Below are positions 13,431 to 26,353 of a stretch of 64,000 nucleotides of DNA, piece after piece; the first letter of the stretch is position 1; each line of letters begins with the position of its first letter. The translations under genes were made by a program, and so were the position numbers. The stretch covers positions 243,288,001 to 243,352,000 of the forward strand of contig OZ024740.1 in the NCBI GenBank assembly GCA_964016885.1, in the 5' to 3' direction. The notes beneath the pieces were generated by a model. It did not search any database and was not told the DNA's origin. It saw only the letters and a list, made by a program, of their open reading frames with translations. This DNA comes from Eledone cirrhosa. Taxonomy: Eukaryota.

Positions 13431-16400
13431 CATTTTCTTTTTATTTGCCACCAGGGCATCAAAAAAGTGGGACAAGTACAATGGGGGGAGTTTACATAAA
13501 AAGGCGTCCTCAATAAGGAGGAGGTAATAACAAAATATAAAAATAAAATAAAATATAACAAAATAAATTTTATAACAAAATCCTCCATAGGGACGAGGCG
13601 CCTTGGGGGTCGCACCCCCCCCCCCCGAAAAAAAGTGTGCAACCCTTCTCCTCAGGAGCACAGAGAGGGGGTGCTCCCTTGATCTTTCATCTTCCTCACC
13701 TATAGTCTGATGTAGAGTGAAGGCCCATTCACATGGGCCATTCTTGCCACTTTCACCCATCTTTCATAAAAACGGCTGGGGTGCAGCACCTCTCTCTCCA
13801 TCCTGATCCTTCTTCCGAAATGATATCGGAAGAAACGGACCAGTTGTTGGCCAGAGAGAAAGGTGTCTGACCTCAGTCCTTTCAGACGCGTCCACCATAC
13901 AACCTCTTCCGCCATGGCTATTACGCACAGAAACACCGCCTCTCCTTCGTTTTTGAAGAGGGGACGCGACTTGATCGTTACAATAGACTCGGTGGTCAAC
14001 CGGATCGGTCCCACCCTTGACAGCAGTTGTTCGACATAGCCCCACAGATCGGCTATGCCCGCGCAGTGCACCAATACGTGTGCAACGGTTTCCTCGTCGC
14101 ACATGCATCTGGGACAGATCTTTTTCGAGGGGTTCCTACCCGGGTGCACGGGTCTGTAGAGCCTTTCTCGAACGGGCAGAGCCCCTCGGTAGCACTGCCA
14201 GGCCAGGGACCTCTGGAAGTTATCCATGGGTCCCGCGCTGAATGTCCTACCGAACAGGTTGTCCAGTTCGTCTTCCTCCATGCCTAGGGCTTCTCCGAGG
14301 GCGTCGTCGCACCTGCTAACAACCAGCCCTCTATAGAATGACGAGGTGGATTCTCCACTGACAGTCGGGTCCGCCTGCCAGAGAGCCGTGAGCGCCTGGG
14401 CACACTCGGTGTGCCAGGCGCCCAGTTTTCTCGGTCTTTGCTTGACCCAGGATTGCAGCTCGGTGAGTGAGACGAGTCTGGGAAAGGCTCGCCTCACAAA
14501 CGGGGCCCACACCGGTTGACCGGTAAGGAACACCTGGAGGTGCCGTAGCCTTAATGCGTGTTTACGTATCATTAGCCACGGCATCCCCAGCCCTCCTTTC
14601 GAAGGGTGTTGACAGCAGATGGATCTCCTCACCATAGGAGTCCGCTTCTTCCAAAGGAATTGGAAGAGTGCGCGCTCCATTTTTGCGAGCGTTTCCCTTG
14701 GGCAAGGCACAACGGTCAGGCGGTAGTAGATGACGGACGCTATATAAGTGTTCGCCACCTCCGCCCGACCTTTCAGGGACAGTTTGCACTCGGCCCACTT
14801 CTGGGTCAGTGCAAACACCCTGTTCGTTACCTCACTCCAGTTCTTCTCCACCTGGAGATCTGGTCCGAACCAGACCCCGAGCAACTTCACCGGGCCCTCC
14901 GTCCAGCGCCCGACGACGCCATCGGAGGGCATCGATCTGCCCCTCCACGTGCCGAGTTGCAGACCGATCGACTTGTCCCGGTTCAGCTTAGCCCCTGTAA
15001 ACCTTTAGTACTCCTCCAGTAAGGTGCCGATCGCCCCGATTTCCGAGGCCGTCGACACCATTACTGTTACGTCGTCGGTGTACCCGACACCGCTTTCCGC
15101 AATCCCGGTTCCAACGGGATGCCCTGCAATAACTCCAACTTCCGCAGCAGTGGCTCTAGAGTCATTACATACAGAAGGGAGGAGAGAGGGCACCCTTGTC
15201 GGATGGACCGCGCGATTTCGAACGGCTCCGAAAGGTAGCCGTTCACCTTGACCCTAGAGCAGATGCGGCTGCTGTGCATGGCATTGATCCAGCCCCTGAA
15301 AACGGGTCCGAAGCCTGCCGCCGCTAGCACCGCATCCAGGTAACCATGGTCGACCCTATCGAACGCCTTAGATTGATCCAAGTTGCTCAGGGCCCCACCA
15401 AAGCCGGGTTCGTTCCCAACCCTCTCTATGATGTATCGCACGAGGTGGGGGTTGTCGTGGATGGACCTGGACGGGATAGCACATGTCTGCGCATCTCCCA
15501 CCAGGTTGCCCACGACGAGCGCCAACCTCTTTGCTAGCACCTAGGCCAAAATCTGTAACTCTGTATTTAACAGAGTTATGGGCCTGAAATTATTTATATC
15601 GTCCCCCTTGTTCTCGTCCAAACCTGGGATGATATGACTTTATCATATCATCCCAGGTTTTTCTGGGTCTATATATATATCATCATCATCGTTTAATGTC
15701 TATCTTCCACACTAGCGTGACTACGCCCTTGGTCACAGCACAGGGAATTCTCCCGTTCTGTTGCCAGTTGCAGTAAACCGCCTCGAGGAGATCGGGGAAC
15801 AAGTCCGGCATAGCTAGATATAGTTCGTATGGAAGACCATCGAGACCCGGGGATTTGCGTTTGCCGCATTGGCTCAGCACGTCCTCTATCTCAGCGGCTG
15901 AAATCGGCTCCTCGCAGGACTTCGCCTCCCTGTCCGAGAGACGCGGTAGGCGGTCGAGGTATGGACCGAAGTCCACATCCCCAACCGGCTCCCCACCCCT
16001 TCCGAACAATCCGGCAAAGTGCTTTTGAAAAGCCTCGCACATCTGCTTAGGTTCAAGGATCACCCGTCCATCCTGGTCTCGCAAAGACGGATAGTGGATC
16101 TGCTCCCTCTTTTGGCTTCTGTCACGCGGGCCCAGCTAACAGCTTTGGTCCCCTCGTTTCCCAGAGCACGTCGAAGAACTGGCCCAGGGCCGTTCTCGAC
16201 GCTAGCACTCTGGCCACGTCGCCGCTTCTAATTGCCTCTTCTACACTATCTACCAGCTCCCTTTCCTTCCTATTTCTATTTGAGGCTAACTCCTTACTAA
16301 ATTCTATAGAGACTACTCTAATCTCTCTTTTGAGAGATCCCCACCACCTGCTGTTGACGATGGCGCCCGTCAACCGCTCCTTAACTAAAGTGCTAATCCG

Positions 16401-19104
16401 GTCTCTGTAAGTCTTACTTGCCGGTAAGGACAAGTTGAGCTTCCAGTAACCGGGTCCCTGTCTATGAGTTCTGTCAAGGTTGACCATGCAGCTCACTAAC
16501 TTGTGGTCTGAATAGCCAACCATGCTCATTTTTGGACAACTTAAAAAGTCCTTATCCTTATTTCTAACTAAGAACCTATCTAGGTACGACCTAGATGATC
16601 CGCTGCGATTTGCCCAAGTCCAGGTTGGCGCAGTCGGAAAATCTAGTCGATATCTATCGGCCAGGTCAAATCGACCGATTAACCGTTTGAGGCTATTACA
16701 CCCCTCTCTATCGGGACAGGCCCCTACGTAGTCCCAGCGTGCATCTAGGATACCATTCCAGTCCCCCACTAATAGCAAGGAGCGGGACGTCCCTAGAAAA
16801 GTCTCCAGACGATGGAAGAAGTCCGACCGCATTGACCCGAAAGGGCTGTAGGCGGCTACCAACCTAAACGCTCCGCCTTCACCACTGCCAAGGTCCAGAA
16901 TGTCCAAATGTACCGTCTGTATTGCGAGACCCAGATGTTTTTGCAGCAGAACGACAACCCCACCCCACCTCCGGGCTGACAGAGAGATGCGTGCATCTCA
17001 AAGTCATCAAAGGTGGGGGCCAGCTCTCGCACGTTGCTGATCCGGGCCTCGCAAATAACCATCACATCTATACGTTGTGACCTGAGGTCATTTAGAAGCA
17101 TTGCTTGCTTCCAAGTTGAGCCCAGGCCACGCGCATTTAAACAGCCTACTCTTAGCATAACCATGTTGGTGGTGAAGAGAAAAGGTACTTACCTCTCTGC
17201 GTCCCGGGTATCAGGCTGCACAATTTCCATGAGGGTGGGGGGTGGGTTGTTGGGTGTGGGGGGGTGGAAGTGTAGGGCATCAGTGTGTTGTGTGGTTGGG
17301 GTGTTTGGAGTTGTGTGGGTGTTTGGGGAGGGGGTGGGGTAGTTTTTTAGGAGGACGTCCTCTTTAAAGTTGTTTTTTAAAGTTTTATAAGTGTCCTCTG
17401 GGGCCTTAATCATTTTGAGGTGGGGGAAATCCCCTGCCTGGGTGAAGTTAGGCCCTTGGGTTTTTATTAAATTGTTGTTGTACACAATGTTTAACAGTTT
17501 TTTGTGTCTTGTGTTTATGTATGTGTATGCATGTTTTTGTTTTTGTGTGGTGTTTTTTGTTTGCTGTTGTTGTGTGCTCTTTTGTGTTGGTGTCAGTGTT
17601 ATGTTTTGGGGAGGGGTTGTTTTCATTTGTGTGTCTGAGGTGTGTTTTCTTTTTTTTCTTTTGATTGTGTGGAAGTGCTCCTCCTCGTCTGACGACGAAC
17701 TAGGGTCATCTTCCGCGTTGGAGGGGAGGGGTATATTTTCGGATTGTGTTTGCGGTGCGGGTGTTTTGGAAATTGTTTTTTCTGAGTGGGGGGGATGGGT
17801 TGGACATTGTTTTGTTTTGGTTTGAGCTGTGGTTGTGGTAGTTGTGGTGATTGTGTTGGTTGTGCAGTTGTTGGTGGTGTAGGCAGGATTGGGTTTTCTT
17901 ATTAAGTTGGGGACAGACAGCCCTCTGGTTCCACAGAGGTAACACCAGGGCCGCCTACCCTCAACGGTAATGTTGATGAAAGTTTGATCATCCAGTATGA
18001 CGCGTTCAGGGATCTGGGCGATCCTTTCGGGCTTCATTTGAACTACAAGTTCGAGGCTCGTTCCAATGAACGCGTCACCCGATGCCTTTCCCATGGACAC
18101 CAGCGTGTCATCATCCAGGTTTAGGAAACCTGTCAAAACCCACCATATGTCCATAATCGGCAGGATGGTGTGGATTTTTATTTTTTGTGTCCTTCTACCC
18201 ATGTACGTAGGGTAGAAGGTGTATGCGGTGGATGTAATTGGTTTGATGGACAGTTTCACTGCTGTGTCCCTGTCCTTCATGAGAATGGATAGACTCCCGT
18301 AGAGCCTATCCTTCTGAATGAATGTGATGTCTTTCATGACGTCTTTTAAAACCAGCTCTATCTCACTCTGTGATGGTTGAGCTGGTTTTTTGCTTTTATT
18401 TGAGATTTTCCTAAACATGACAGTGTTTAGGAGTCTCTGGCTTTTTAGTTTCGGGGGGGGGGGGGGATCGAAATGCACCATTTTCCCCGTACATTATGTA
18501 TTTTTTTTGCCTCTGCCAGTAGCTCCTTCGCTTTGGTTATATCTACTGGCAGATAGTCGAGGGTTTTCCTTGCCGTCTGGGCGAAGGAGACCTTTTCCTT
18601 GTTTGTGTTGCTGTTGTAGTTGGTGGTGTTGTTGTTATCACAGTTATTGGTCTTGTTGTTATTGTTATTGGTGTTGTTTTCGTCCGTAGCATTGTTGTTG
18701 TTGTTGCTGGTGCCGCTGGTTCTTTGGTTTGTTGCCATGGCAACGTCAAGTTGTCGGTCAGCAGGTGGAGAAAATCCTTCCTCTGGCTGACCTTTGTCTT
18801 TGACCTCTGCTACTGTGACAGTGACAGGGGAAAGCTGTAAGCTTATCTTCCCCTTTCCTCCTTCGAATATTCGTGAAGAAGCTTCAGCCATTTAAAAAAA
18901 ATTTTAACTTTTCAACAAAAAAAAAAACTTCTTGTTTAACTATTTCGCCTAAAGGCGTAGAATATTTTGAGAGACTGACCAGAGCAAAATTTGACCTGGC
19001 AGTCCCTCTACAAAATGGTACAAAAATTAAAGTTTACAAACAGGAATTTCTATAGAAATTTAAACAGAACTTACTCAGCAAGTTACACGCGTGCGTCCAT
19101 CCCA
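13431..19104 (-). mobile_element. Near full-length Tx1/L1-clade LINE, copy B (disrupted)
   Basis: ORF1 about 17189-18737 (shift at the poly-G near 18460); ORF2 13700-17164 in several frameshifted pieces homologous to copy A. Confidence 0.95.
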
Positions 19105-19166
19105 GAGATAGATAGATACATACATACATACATACATACATACATACATACATACATACATACATG

Positions 19167-20725
19167 GTGGTGGCTGCCAACTCGTTTTCGAGTACGGCCA
19201 CTACTTTATATCCATGTAGGAGAACCCCTACGATGCGCTGAACGAGTGTGACTTTTTAGTCCAGCCAGCGACGTGAAAACTCTGGTACAAACACTACACT
19301 TGTGACAATTATTGACACATAGTGCTGGGCCCTTGGCACCATATGACAAGTGCAGAGAGATCTCCAGATATAAAGCAATGCCTGTGCCGTGAAGCTTTTA
19401 TAGTGAGCAAAGGTACTGCACAAAGCCAGTCCCACTCTCTTAACCAAGATGATATTTACCAAAAAGAAGAACAAGTCAACATCATTGGATACCATCAGGG
19501 TTGCAGGTGTTATATCAGAGTTTTCCTTCTCCTAGAATTCTGCCTTGACAAAGGCTAAAGGGTCATCTCTCCCGGTGATTTTGGATGGCCATTGACTCTT
19601 AAGAGCTCCTTTGCCCTTTGACAGGTTTTGTTTTTAGTCCTGCAGGATGTCCAAAGTCACCCTCCTCACCAAGAAACCTTGGTGGAGTTGCCAGTTTAGT
19701 CGCCAACGACTCGACCTTGAGACAGGTTGTACTGGGATACATGTTACCAGTAGCACCAACTGGTGACCTGACATACATACATACATACATACATACATAC
19801 ATACATACATACATACATACATACATACATACATGGTGGCTGCCAACTCGTTTTCGAGTACGGTCACTACTTTATATCCATGTAGGAGAACTCCTACCGA
19901 TGCGCTGAACGAGTGTGACTTTTTAGTCCAGCCAGCGACCTGAAAACTCTGGTACAAACAATACACCTGTGACAATTATTAACACATAGTGCTGGGCCCT
20001 TGGTACCATGTGACGACAAGTGCAGAGAGATCTCCAGATATAAAGTAATACCTGTGCCGTGAAGCTTTTATAGTGAGCAAAGGCACTGCACAGACAAACA
20101 GACATACATACATACATACATGGTGGCTGCCAACTCGTTTCCGAGTACGGCCACTACTTTATATTCATGTAGGAGAACCCCTACCGATGCGCTGAACGAG
20201 TGTGACTTTTTAGATCAGCCAGCAACTTGAAAACTCTGATACAAACACTACACTTGTGACAATTATTGACACATAGTGCTGGGCCCATGGTACCATGTGA
20301 CGACAAGTGCAGAGAGATCTCCAGATATAAAGTAATGCCTGTGCCGTGAAGCTTTTATAGTGAACAAAGGTACTGCACAAAGCCAGTCCCACTCTCTTGA
20401 CCAAGATGATATTTACCAAAAAGAAGAACAAGTCAGCATCATTGGATACCATCAGAGTTACAGGTGTTATATCAGAGTTTTCCTTCTCCTAGAATTCTGC
20501 CTTGACAAAGGCTAAGGGGTCATCTCTCCCGGTGATTTTGGATGGCCATTGACTCTTAAGAGTTCTTTTGCCCTTTGACAGGTTTTGTTTTTAGTCCTGC
20601 AGGATGTCCAAAGTCACCCTCCTCACCAAGAAACCTTGGTGGGGTTGCCAGTTTAGTCGCCAACGACCCGACCATGGGACAGGTTGTACTGGGATACATG
20701 TTACCAGTAGCACCAACTGGTGACC
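19167..20725 (-). mobile_element. Three tandem copies of a ~600 bp non-autonomous RTE-like element separated by (TACA)n (19167-19769, 19834-20092 truncated, 20121-20725)
   Basis: Near-identical direct repeats; 3' part reads HKCSVCTRVFTSLAGLKSHTRSAH, like the RTE C-terminal C2H2 motif; (ATGT)n tails. Confidence 0.75.
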
Positions 20726-21220
20726 ATACATACATACATACATACAAAAATGCTTTAAATCCATGTAAAATTTTGGTTTTCCTATATATGTATATATATA
20801 TAATTGGCGTTCCTTACTTTCATTCTTGACACCGCTAGTAGTAATGAACGCCTAATCATGCATTCATCGATTAATCTTAATTACTATATGAAATAACAAC
20901 AACTATCATGCGACACATGCTGGCTGACAATTTATTGCTAACTCCTGCGAATCCACTCGTGCGAATATCAAGTCAGCGAGAAATTCAGTCATTTCTTATA
21001 CAAATGTGAGTCACTCGGAAGCACAGAAAGGCTCTTTCGACATTCGAAGTTTCCTTTGGATCTCCTTGACAATGGCTGGTGCATTCGAAATATAAGGACC
21101 GATAAATGTTTCCAAGGTAACATTATCTCTCGTTATTTCTTTTTCCTTGTCTCTTTCTATTCTCCTTAGCTATCCGATTTTCCCCTATTTATAATCCCAT
21201 CTGCATTGTTGCGGCTTCCT

Positions 21221-21338
<118 letters not shown>

Positions 21339-21484
21339 TGCTATTGATCAGCTCAAGGTTCGATCTGTATCGATCTGGCCCGATTCTGAAATCAAAAGCT
21401 CGATACAGATCGAACCATTGATCATCTGCAAAGCCGCATTGTTCTCAGAACCACTACACCAGTCTTTCGATTTGGCAGGATCGG

Positions 21485-21605
21485 AACTCATTTCTACAGC
21501 TGAGTAAACTGGAGCAACGAAATAAAGTGTCTTGCTCAAGGACACAACACATCACCCGGTCCGAGAATCGAACTCACAACTTTTCGATTGCAAGCCCAAT
21601 GCTCT
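21485..21605 (-). mobile_element. tRNA-derived SINE family 2, head and core
   Basis: B box GAGTTCGATTC and core GTGTCCTTGAGCAAGACACTTTATTTC..GCTCCAGTTTACTCAGCTG shared with 33526-33851. Confidence 0.8.
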
Positions 21606-22283
21606 ATTTCTCCTGAATATCAGTCCAACATCGAATTGCTACCTTTATGAATTGTACCGTTGTGAATCTCTCTTGAACGCCTTTCTGCTACCAATATCAT
21701 TACAACCAAAGTACTTATTACTAAAATGGAAAGGGAGATGCGCTGGAAGAGCCTGTTTTTAGCAGCCAACTATAACTGTATATACCTAGAAAATGTGTTT
21801 TGGCTTAGGTGACCTAGCTGTAGTGTTAATATGCCCCTACCACTGCCATGTAGTAGTTGTAGTGTTAATATGCTCCTACCACTTCTCATGTGGGGAATCG
21901 TAGTACTGGAGTTGTTAGTGAAAAATTTACAAATGTAAACAGATATGTGTTCCTTTGGGAATGTGTATGCTTCAGTAATGAACTGGGTTATTGCTGGCCT
22001 TGTGCCTAAAGTAGAAACAAATATTAAGAGGTGTTAAAATTATAATTGTAGGTGTTGAAAATTATAATCGATATTGAAAACATAATTTTTTTTATCTTTT
22101 GTTCATTTTAGTGTGAGTTTATTTGTTACAGTTGTATAAATTTACATTAGAATAACGTTGCAAATATGTTTTATATACAAATATGTTTTATATACACAAA
22201 TGCGTAAATAACATTATAGATTCCGTACTCAATAAATTTACAATAGAAGAACATAACAAATATGCTTTAAATATATACATAAA

Positions 22284-22695
22284 CTAGCAGCGGTACTCAG
22301 CGTTGCACGGGATAAGGTATTTTCGAACGTGGGCCGCCAACAGACCTAATCGTGGAAAAACTGCATGCCTGGATAATATGTAAAGAAAATAAACCGAATA
22401 CACTGATGGCTGGATAATCTTTAAGATTTTCCTCGATGAAGCAGGAAAAATGCAGGTTTTCACCTAATGCGAGCCATAGGGGATCAAGAAAATTAATTTT
22501 CTTTATGCGCATAATATGCCTTGAAATTTTGGGAAAATCGGCTAGACGTAACGCCTCAAGAAAACCCTAAAAAGCTGAAAAAAATGAAGTTTTTCACTTA
22601 ATGCGGGCCCTAGGCCATAAAAAAAAGTTGGATTTTCTTTGTTGGGTACTTCTCGGGTTTCACACACACGCACTCACTCACTCACTCACTCACTC

Positions 22696-22763
<68 letters not shown>

Positions 22764-23221
22764 TAACAGATTAAGGTTTAAGCAAAGACTCGTTGCTTTC
22801 ACCCTTAACGGGATCTTCTGAAACTGAAAATATCAATCTGTGAGCGCAGAAGTAAATATTTCGAAAAACGTTGCAACCGAAGGAAAACAGGAAGACGATA
22901 CTTTGGTTCGTGAAGACATTCCCTGGCAATGAACGGATAATAGCGAACATTATACGTCATCAGTGTTCGTCAGAATGTCGTAATGCAGACAGCCAGGCAT
23001 ACAGACAGATATTATAAGAGCACGACGGAGATGGATAACCGGCGCCTAACACCCCTTTAACAACAGAAAATTGAAAATAAAAGCTGCAGTTAATATCTTT
23101 AGACCGCAAGGAATATATAAATGCAAGTTTGAAGTCAATCGGAGTAGAAATGTGGATTTGTATAGACTTTGCAAAAATGAGGACACACACACGGACAACA
23201 ACAGTTTTATATTTATATAGA
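22284..23221 (-). mobile_element. Non-autonomous Helitron with both termini
   Basis: Minus strand reads A|TCTATATAAAT...CCCGTGCAACGCTGAGT...CTAG|T; no target duplication; 22757-23220 is shared with 56765-57180. Confidence 0.8.
22776..22824 (-). ncRNA. Hammerhead-like ribozyme fold, CAGAAGA core variant, inside a Helitron
   Basis: GTTT-CAGAAGA-TCCC gttaa GGGT-GAAA-GCAA..TTGC-TT-AAAC. Confidence 0.55.
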
Positions 23222-23970
23222 TAACATTACAAATGCTGAGATAACATTAAAAATTGCTCGCGATTCTTTCAGAAGAATAAATTCTTTTTATAAAGAAAAT
23301 GTAAAGGAAGGGGTGAACAACCGAGCCAACACCAGAGCAAAAGACAGCAGCGAGGGGTACCGGGCAACCTCTCTAATGATTTTTTAGGCAAGCCAGCACA
23401 CTCGCAGCGTTGCCTCAGGTGATGGCGAGATTAATGCGCTGGAACAACCAAGCGCCTTCCAGATTCGCCAGTTACTTCTATTAGGCGAGCCGCCAGTGAA
23501 GAGAGGAACCTCGCAGTCAGCGGTCCGACTCCCCCAAACGTCTCGAAAGCCACAGGCTGAAGAATGTAGCTGGCCGACAGATCAGAGTATTTGAGGGTCT
23601 TACTCCGCTCGGCTGCGGAAGCTGTGGCCCTCCTCCTAACTGCAGCATCCAGGATGTGGGAAAGAGCAAAAGAGTCACTAACAGTGACGTCCCAGACAAG
23701 GCACCTGCCTCTCGACCAGGGACACTGGGTAAGGCTGTCAGGTCTTTCGCCGTCACTTCTGGACAACCCAGATGGTTCTAAGATTGAGGAGATGTTCGCC
23801 CGGGTAAAGCTCTCTCGAGGTTTAGCTCCTTGTTACGCGCGAAGCGGCCAGCATTCAGGCGGCAAGAAAGACCGTGGAGTTGAGGAGTTTGCCGCATCGG
23901 CACCTCAAACCCATGCCGACGTCAGCTCCCACTCTGAGGGTGATGAAGACACGAAATTCGTCCAGGCTGA
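23222..23970 (-). mobile_element. CRE-like non-LTR retrotransposon 3' part (RLE endonuclease + 3' UTR, continuing to about 22130)
   Basis: DGERPDSLTQCPWSRGRCLVWDVTVSD..AERSKTLKYSDL..QPVAFETFG. Confidence 0.85.
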
Positions 23971-23978
23971 GTAGATAT

Positions 23979-24160
23979 AATTGTTTCTACTTTTGGCACA
24001 ATGCCAGCAATTATCCCAGTGCATTACTGGTACTTTATTTTATCGACCCCGTAAGGATGAAAGGCAAAGTTAACCTCGGCGGGATTTGAACTCAGACCGT
24101 AAAGCGGTGTAACTATGCTGGAAAGCATGGTGTCTGACTCTCTACCGATACTGCCAATTC
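23979..24160 (-). mobile_element. SINE family 1
   Basis: Full unit in reverse orientation. Confidence 0.88.
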
Positions 24161-24248
24161 AGCACACGCACGCACGCACACACGCACACGCACAACACAT
24201 ATATATCTATACACGCGCACACACACACATACATATATACATATATAT

Positions 24249-24626
24249 CAGGGGCAAAGGGTCCGTGCATGCAGTGCATCCGTTATAGAATCTTGAATTG
24301 GTCAATTGCGTCGGTTGAAGCCAGCAGAATTTTGGCTGCTTTCTAAAACGTAGACACATAAAAAGATAACACACACACACACACACAGATACACACAAAC
24401 ACATACAAACACACGACAGCTTTGGGGCAAGCAGAATTTTGACTGCTTACTAAATCGTAGACACATAAAAAGATAACACACACACACACTAGATAACACT
24501 ACATGCAGCTTTGACCAGGAGGGTCATTTAGAGGGAATTGGGGGGGGGGCTAAGGCTGCACTGCCCCACTTTTCGCCATGGCGATTGGACTGCATGCCCT
24601 GCTTTCCAGGTTACCCTTCGCCACTG
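24249..24626. mobile_element. MITE with CAG(T/G)GGC(G/A)AAGGGT terminal inverted repeats (hAT-like)
   Basis: CAGGGGCAAAGGGT ... ACCCTTCGCCACTG in TA context; internal ~90 bp direct repeat. Confidence 0.6.
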
Positions 24627-24663
<37 letters not shown>

Positions 24664-25786
24664 CACACACACACATATAACCACATACGCATAGACATAT
24701 GCACCCTTGAGAAGGGTGAAAATAGAAATGACAGGTAGGTCTTATTTACTTATCACAGTCTGTATTGACTTTTATGTGCGAAAGGAGTTAGGTTGGAGGT
24801 AGTTTGTCCTTAGGAAAACCGGATTATATATATAATAAGATATACTATATATATAGAGTAAACGGCTGTTATTTCTAGCAGCACGAGTATGGGGTAGCTA
24901 GGAGCTGAAAAACCATGTGCGTTTATCAGTCCTCCTAAATATTTCGAGGTGAAACATACCAATGTTTCTGGATACCTGCTGATGAATACAGAAAATGGAA
25001 TTTTTCACTTTTTCACTTATCGTTACGAAACTTATTTGGGTTTTGAAATTTAAACTTATCTACGGAACAGGTTTGGATTTTGAAATTTAAATTTGTCCAA
25101 GTACCACGGCTATTGCCAATATGGGTTTGTTTTTATTGATTTATTATTTTAAATCAAGATAGGCAAACTGTATTAATCTAATTAGTATTTTTCAATCTAG
25201 CTAACTTGGTCATTTGCAATACAAACACTTATATGATCGTATTAGTGTTTATCATATATATTAATTTATATTAACTTGTATAATAGGATATATGTATTTA
25301 ATGCTGAGCGGTACCACGTAACTCGTTTCCTGACTTTCTTGATCTTGCCCTCTAAAGCCGAGGGTAATCTCGATATATAACTCTGCCGAAAATTACATTT
25401 ATCGTTCAACTTGATTATGCGATATGTTTGCAGCTCTTCACTCGCCTCGTACTTGTATTAATATGAAGAAGAAAATAAGTAAATATAACTTATAGAGGTA
25501 ACTGGCGAATCTTGCGAGGGCGCTTGGTTGTTTCAGCGCATCAGCCTCGCTGAGAGTGTGTATGTATGTATGTATGTATGTATATATATATATTTGTGTG
25601 TGTGAGTATGTATGTATATATATGTATTTGTGTGTGTGTGTATATGTGTATGTATATGTATATATATATATATTTATTTTTTTTTATTTTTTTTTTTATT
25701 TTTATTTATTTATTTATTTATTTATTATTATTATTTTTTTTTTTCTTTCTCCTCGTGCAATGGCCATACTCGATAACGAGGGGGCA

Positions 25787-25823
<37 letters not shown>

Positions 25824-25954
25824 GATAAATCTACCAAGAGTTTACGGTAGTGTCCAATCCGTATGAAGAACTCAATGTATTCCGGATATCATGGAAAGAA
25901 GAGATGTAATGAAAAATCACTTTCGGTGAAAGATAAACGGTATACAGAGTCAAG

Positions 25955-26353
25955 ATAAAATATTAAACAAATAATGAATAAACAATTCCTTATATTAAAC
26001 AAAAAAAGTTCATTATTTAACGATCGTTTCTAGGATATATATGTGTTAGAGTTGGCATGCATATTCAACAGATCTATGTACAAAATTATACAAAATTATA
26101 CAAACTATCAAGATTAAATATACATACCAACACATATATACGCCGTCTTCAGAAATAATTATTTCTGAAGACGGCGTATATATGTGTTGGTATGTATATT
26201 TAATCTTGATAGTTTGTATAATTTTGTATAATTTTGTACATAGATCTGTTGAATATGCATGCCAACTCTAACACATATATATCCTAGAAACGATCGTTAA
26301 ATAATGAACTTTTTTTGTTTAATATAAGGAATTGTTTATTCATTATTTGTTTA

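Noticed and set aside
19167-20725. HDV-like ribozyme at the 5' end of the 600 bp element (CCAGT..GG-TCG ttgg CGA-CTAA-ACTGG)
   Set aside because: P2, P4 and J4/2-like parts are present, but I could not build a consistent P1/P3 pseudoknot, and the GG is GA in one copy
20830-21170. Possible coding or transposase remnant (also 2140-2500 and 35330-35730)
   Set aside because: No sustained ORF or recognisable motif
25556-25850. Hydrophobic or repetitive short ORFs (YIYI, HTHT, MYVC types) here and elsewhere
   Set aside because: Translations of microsatellites
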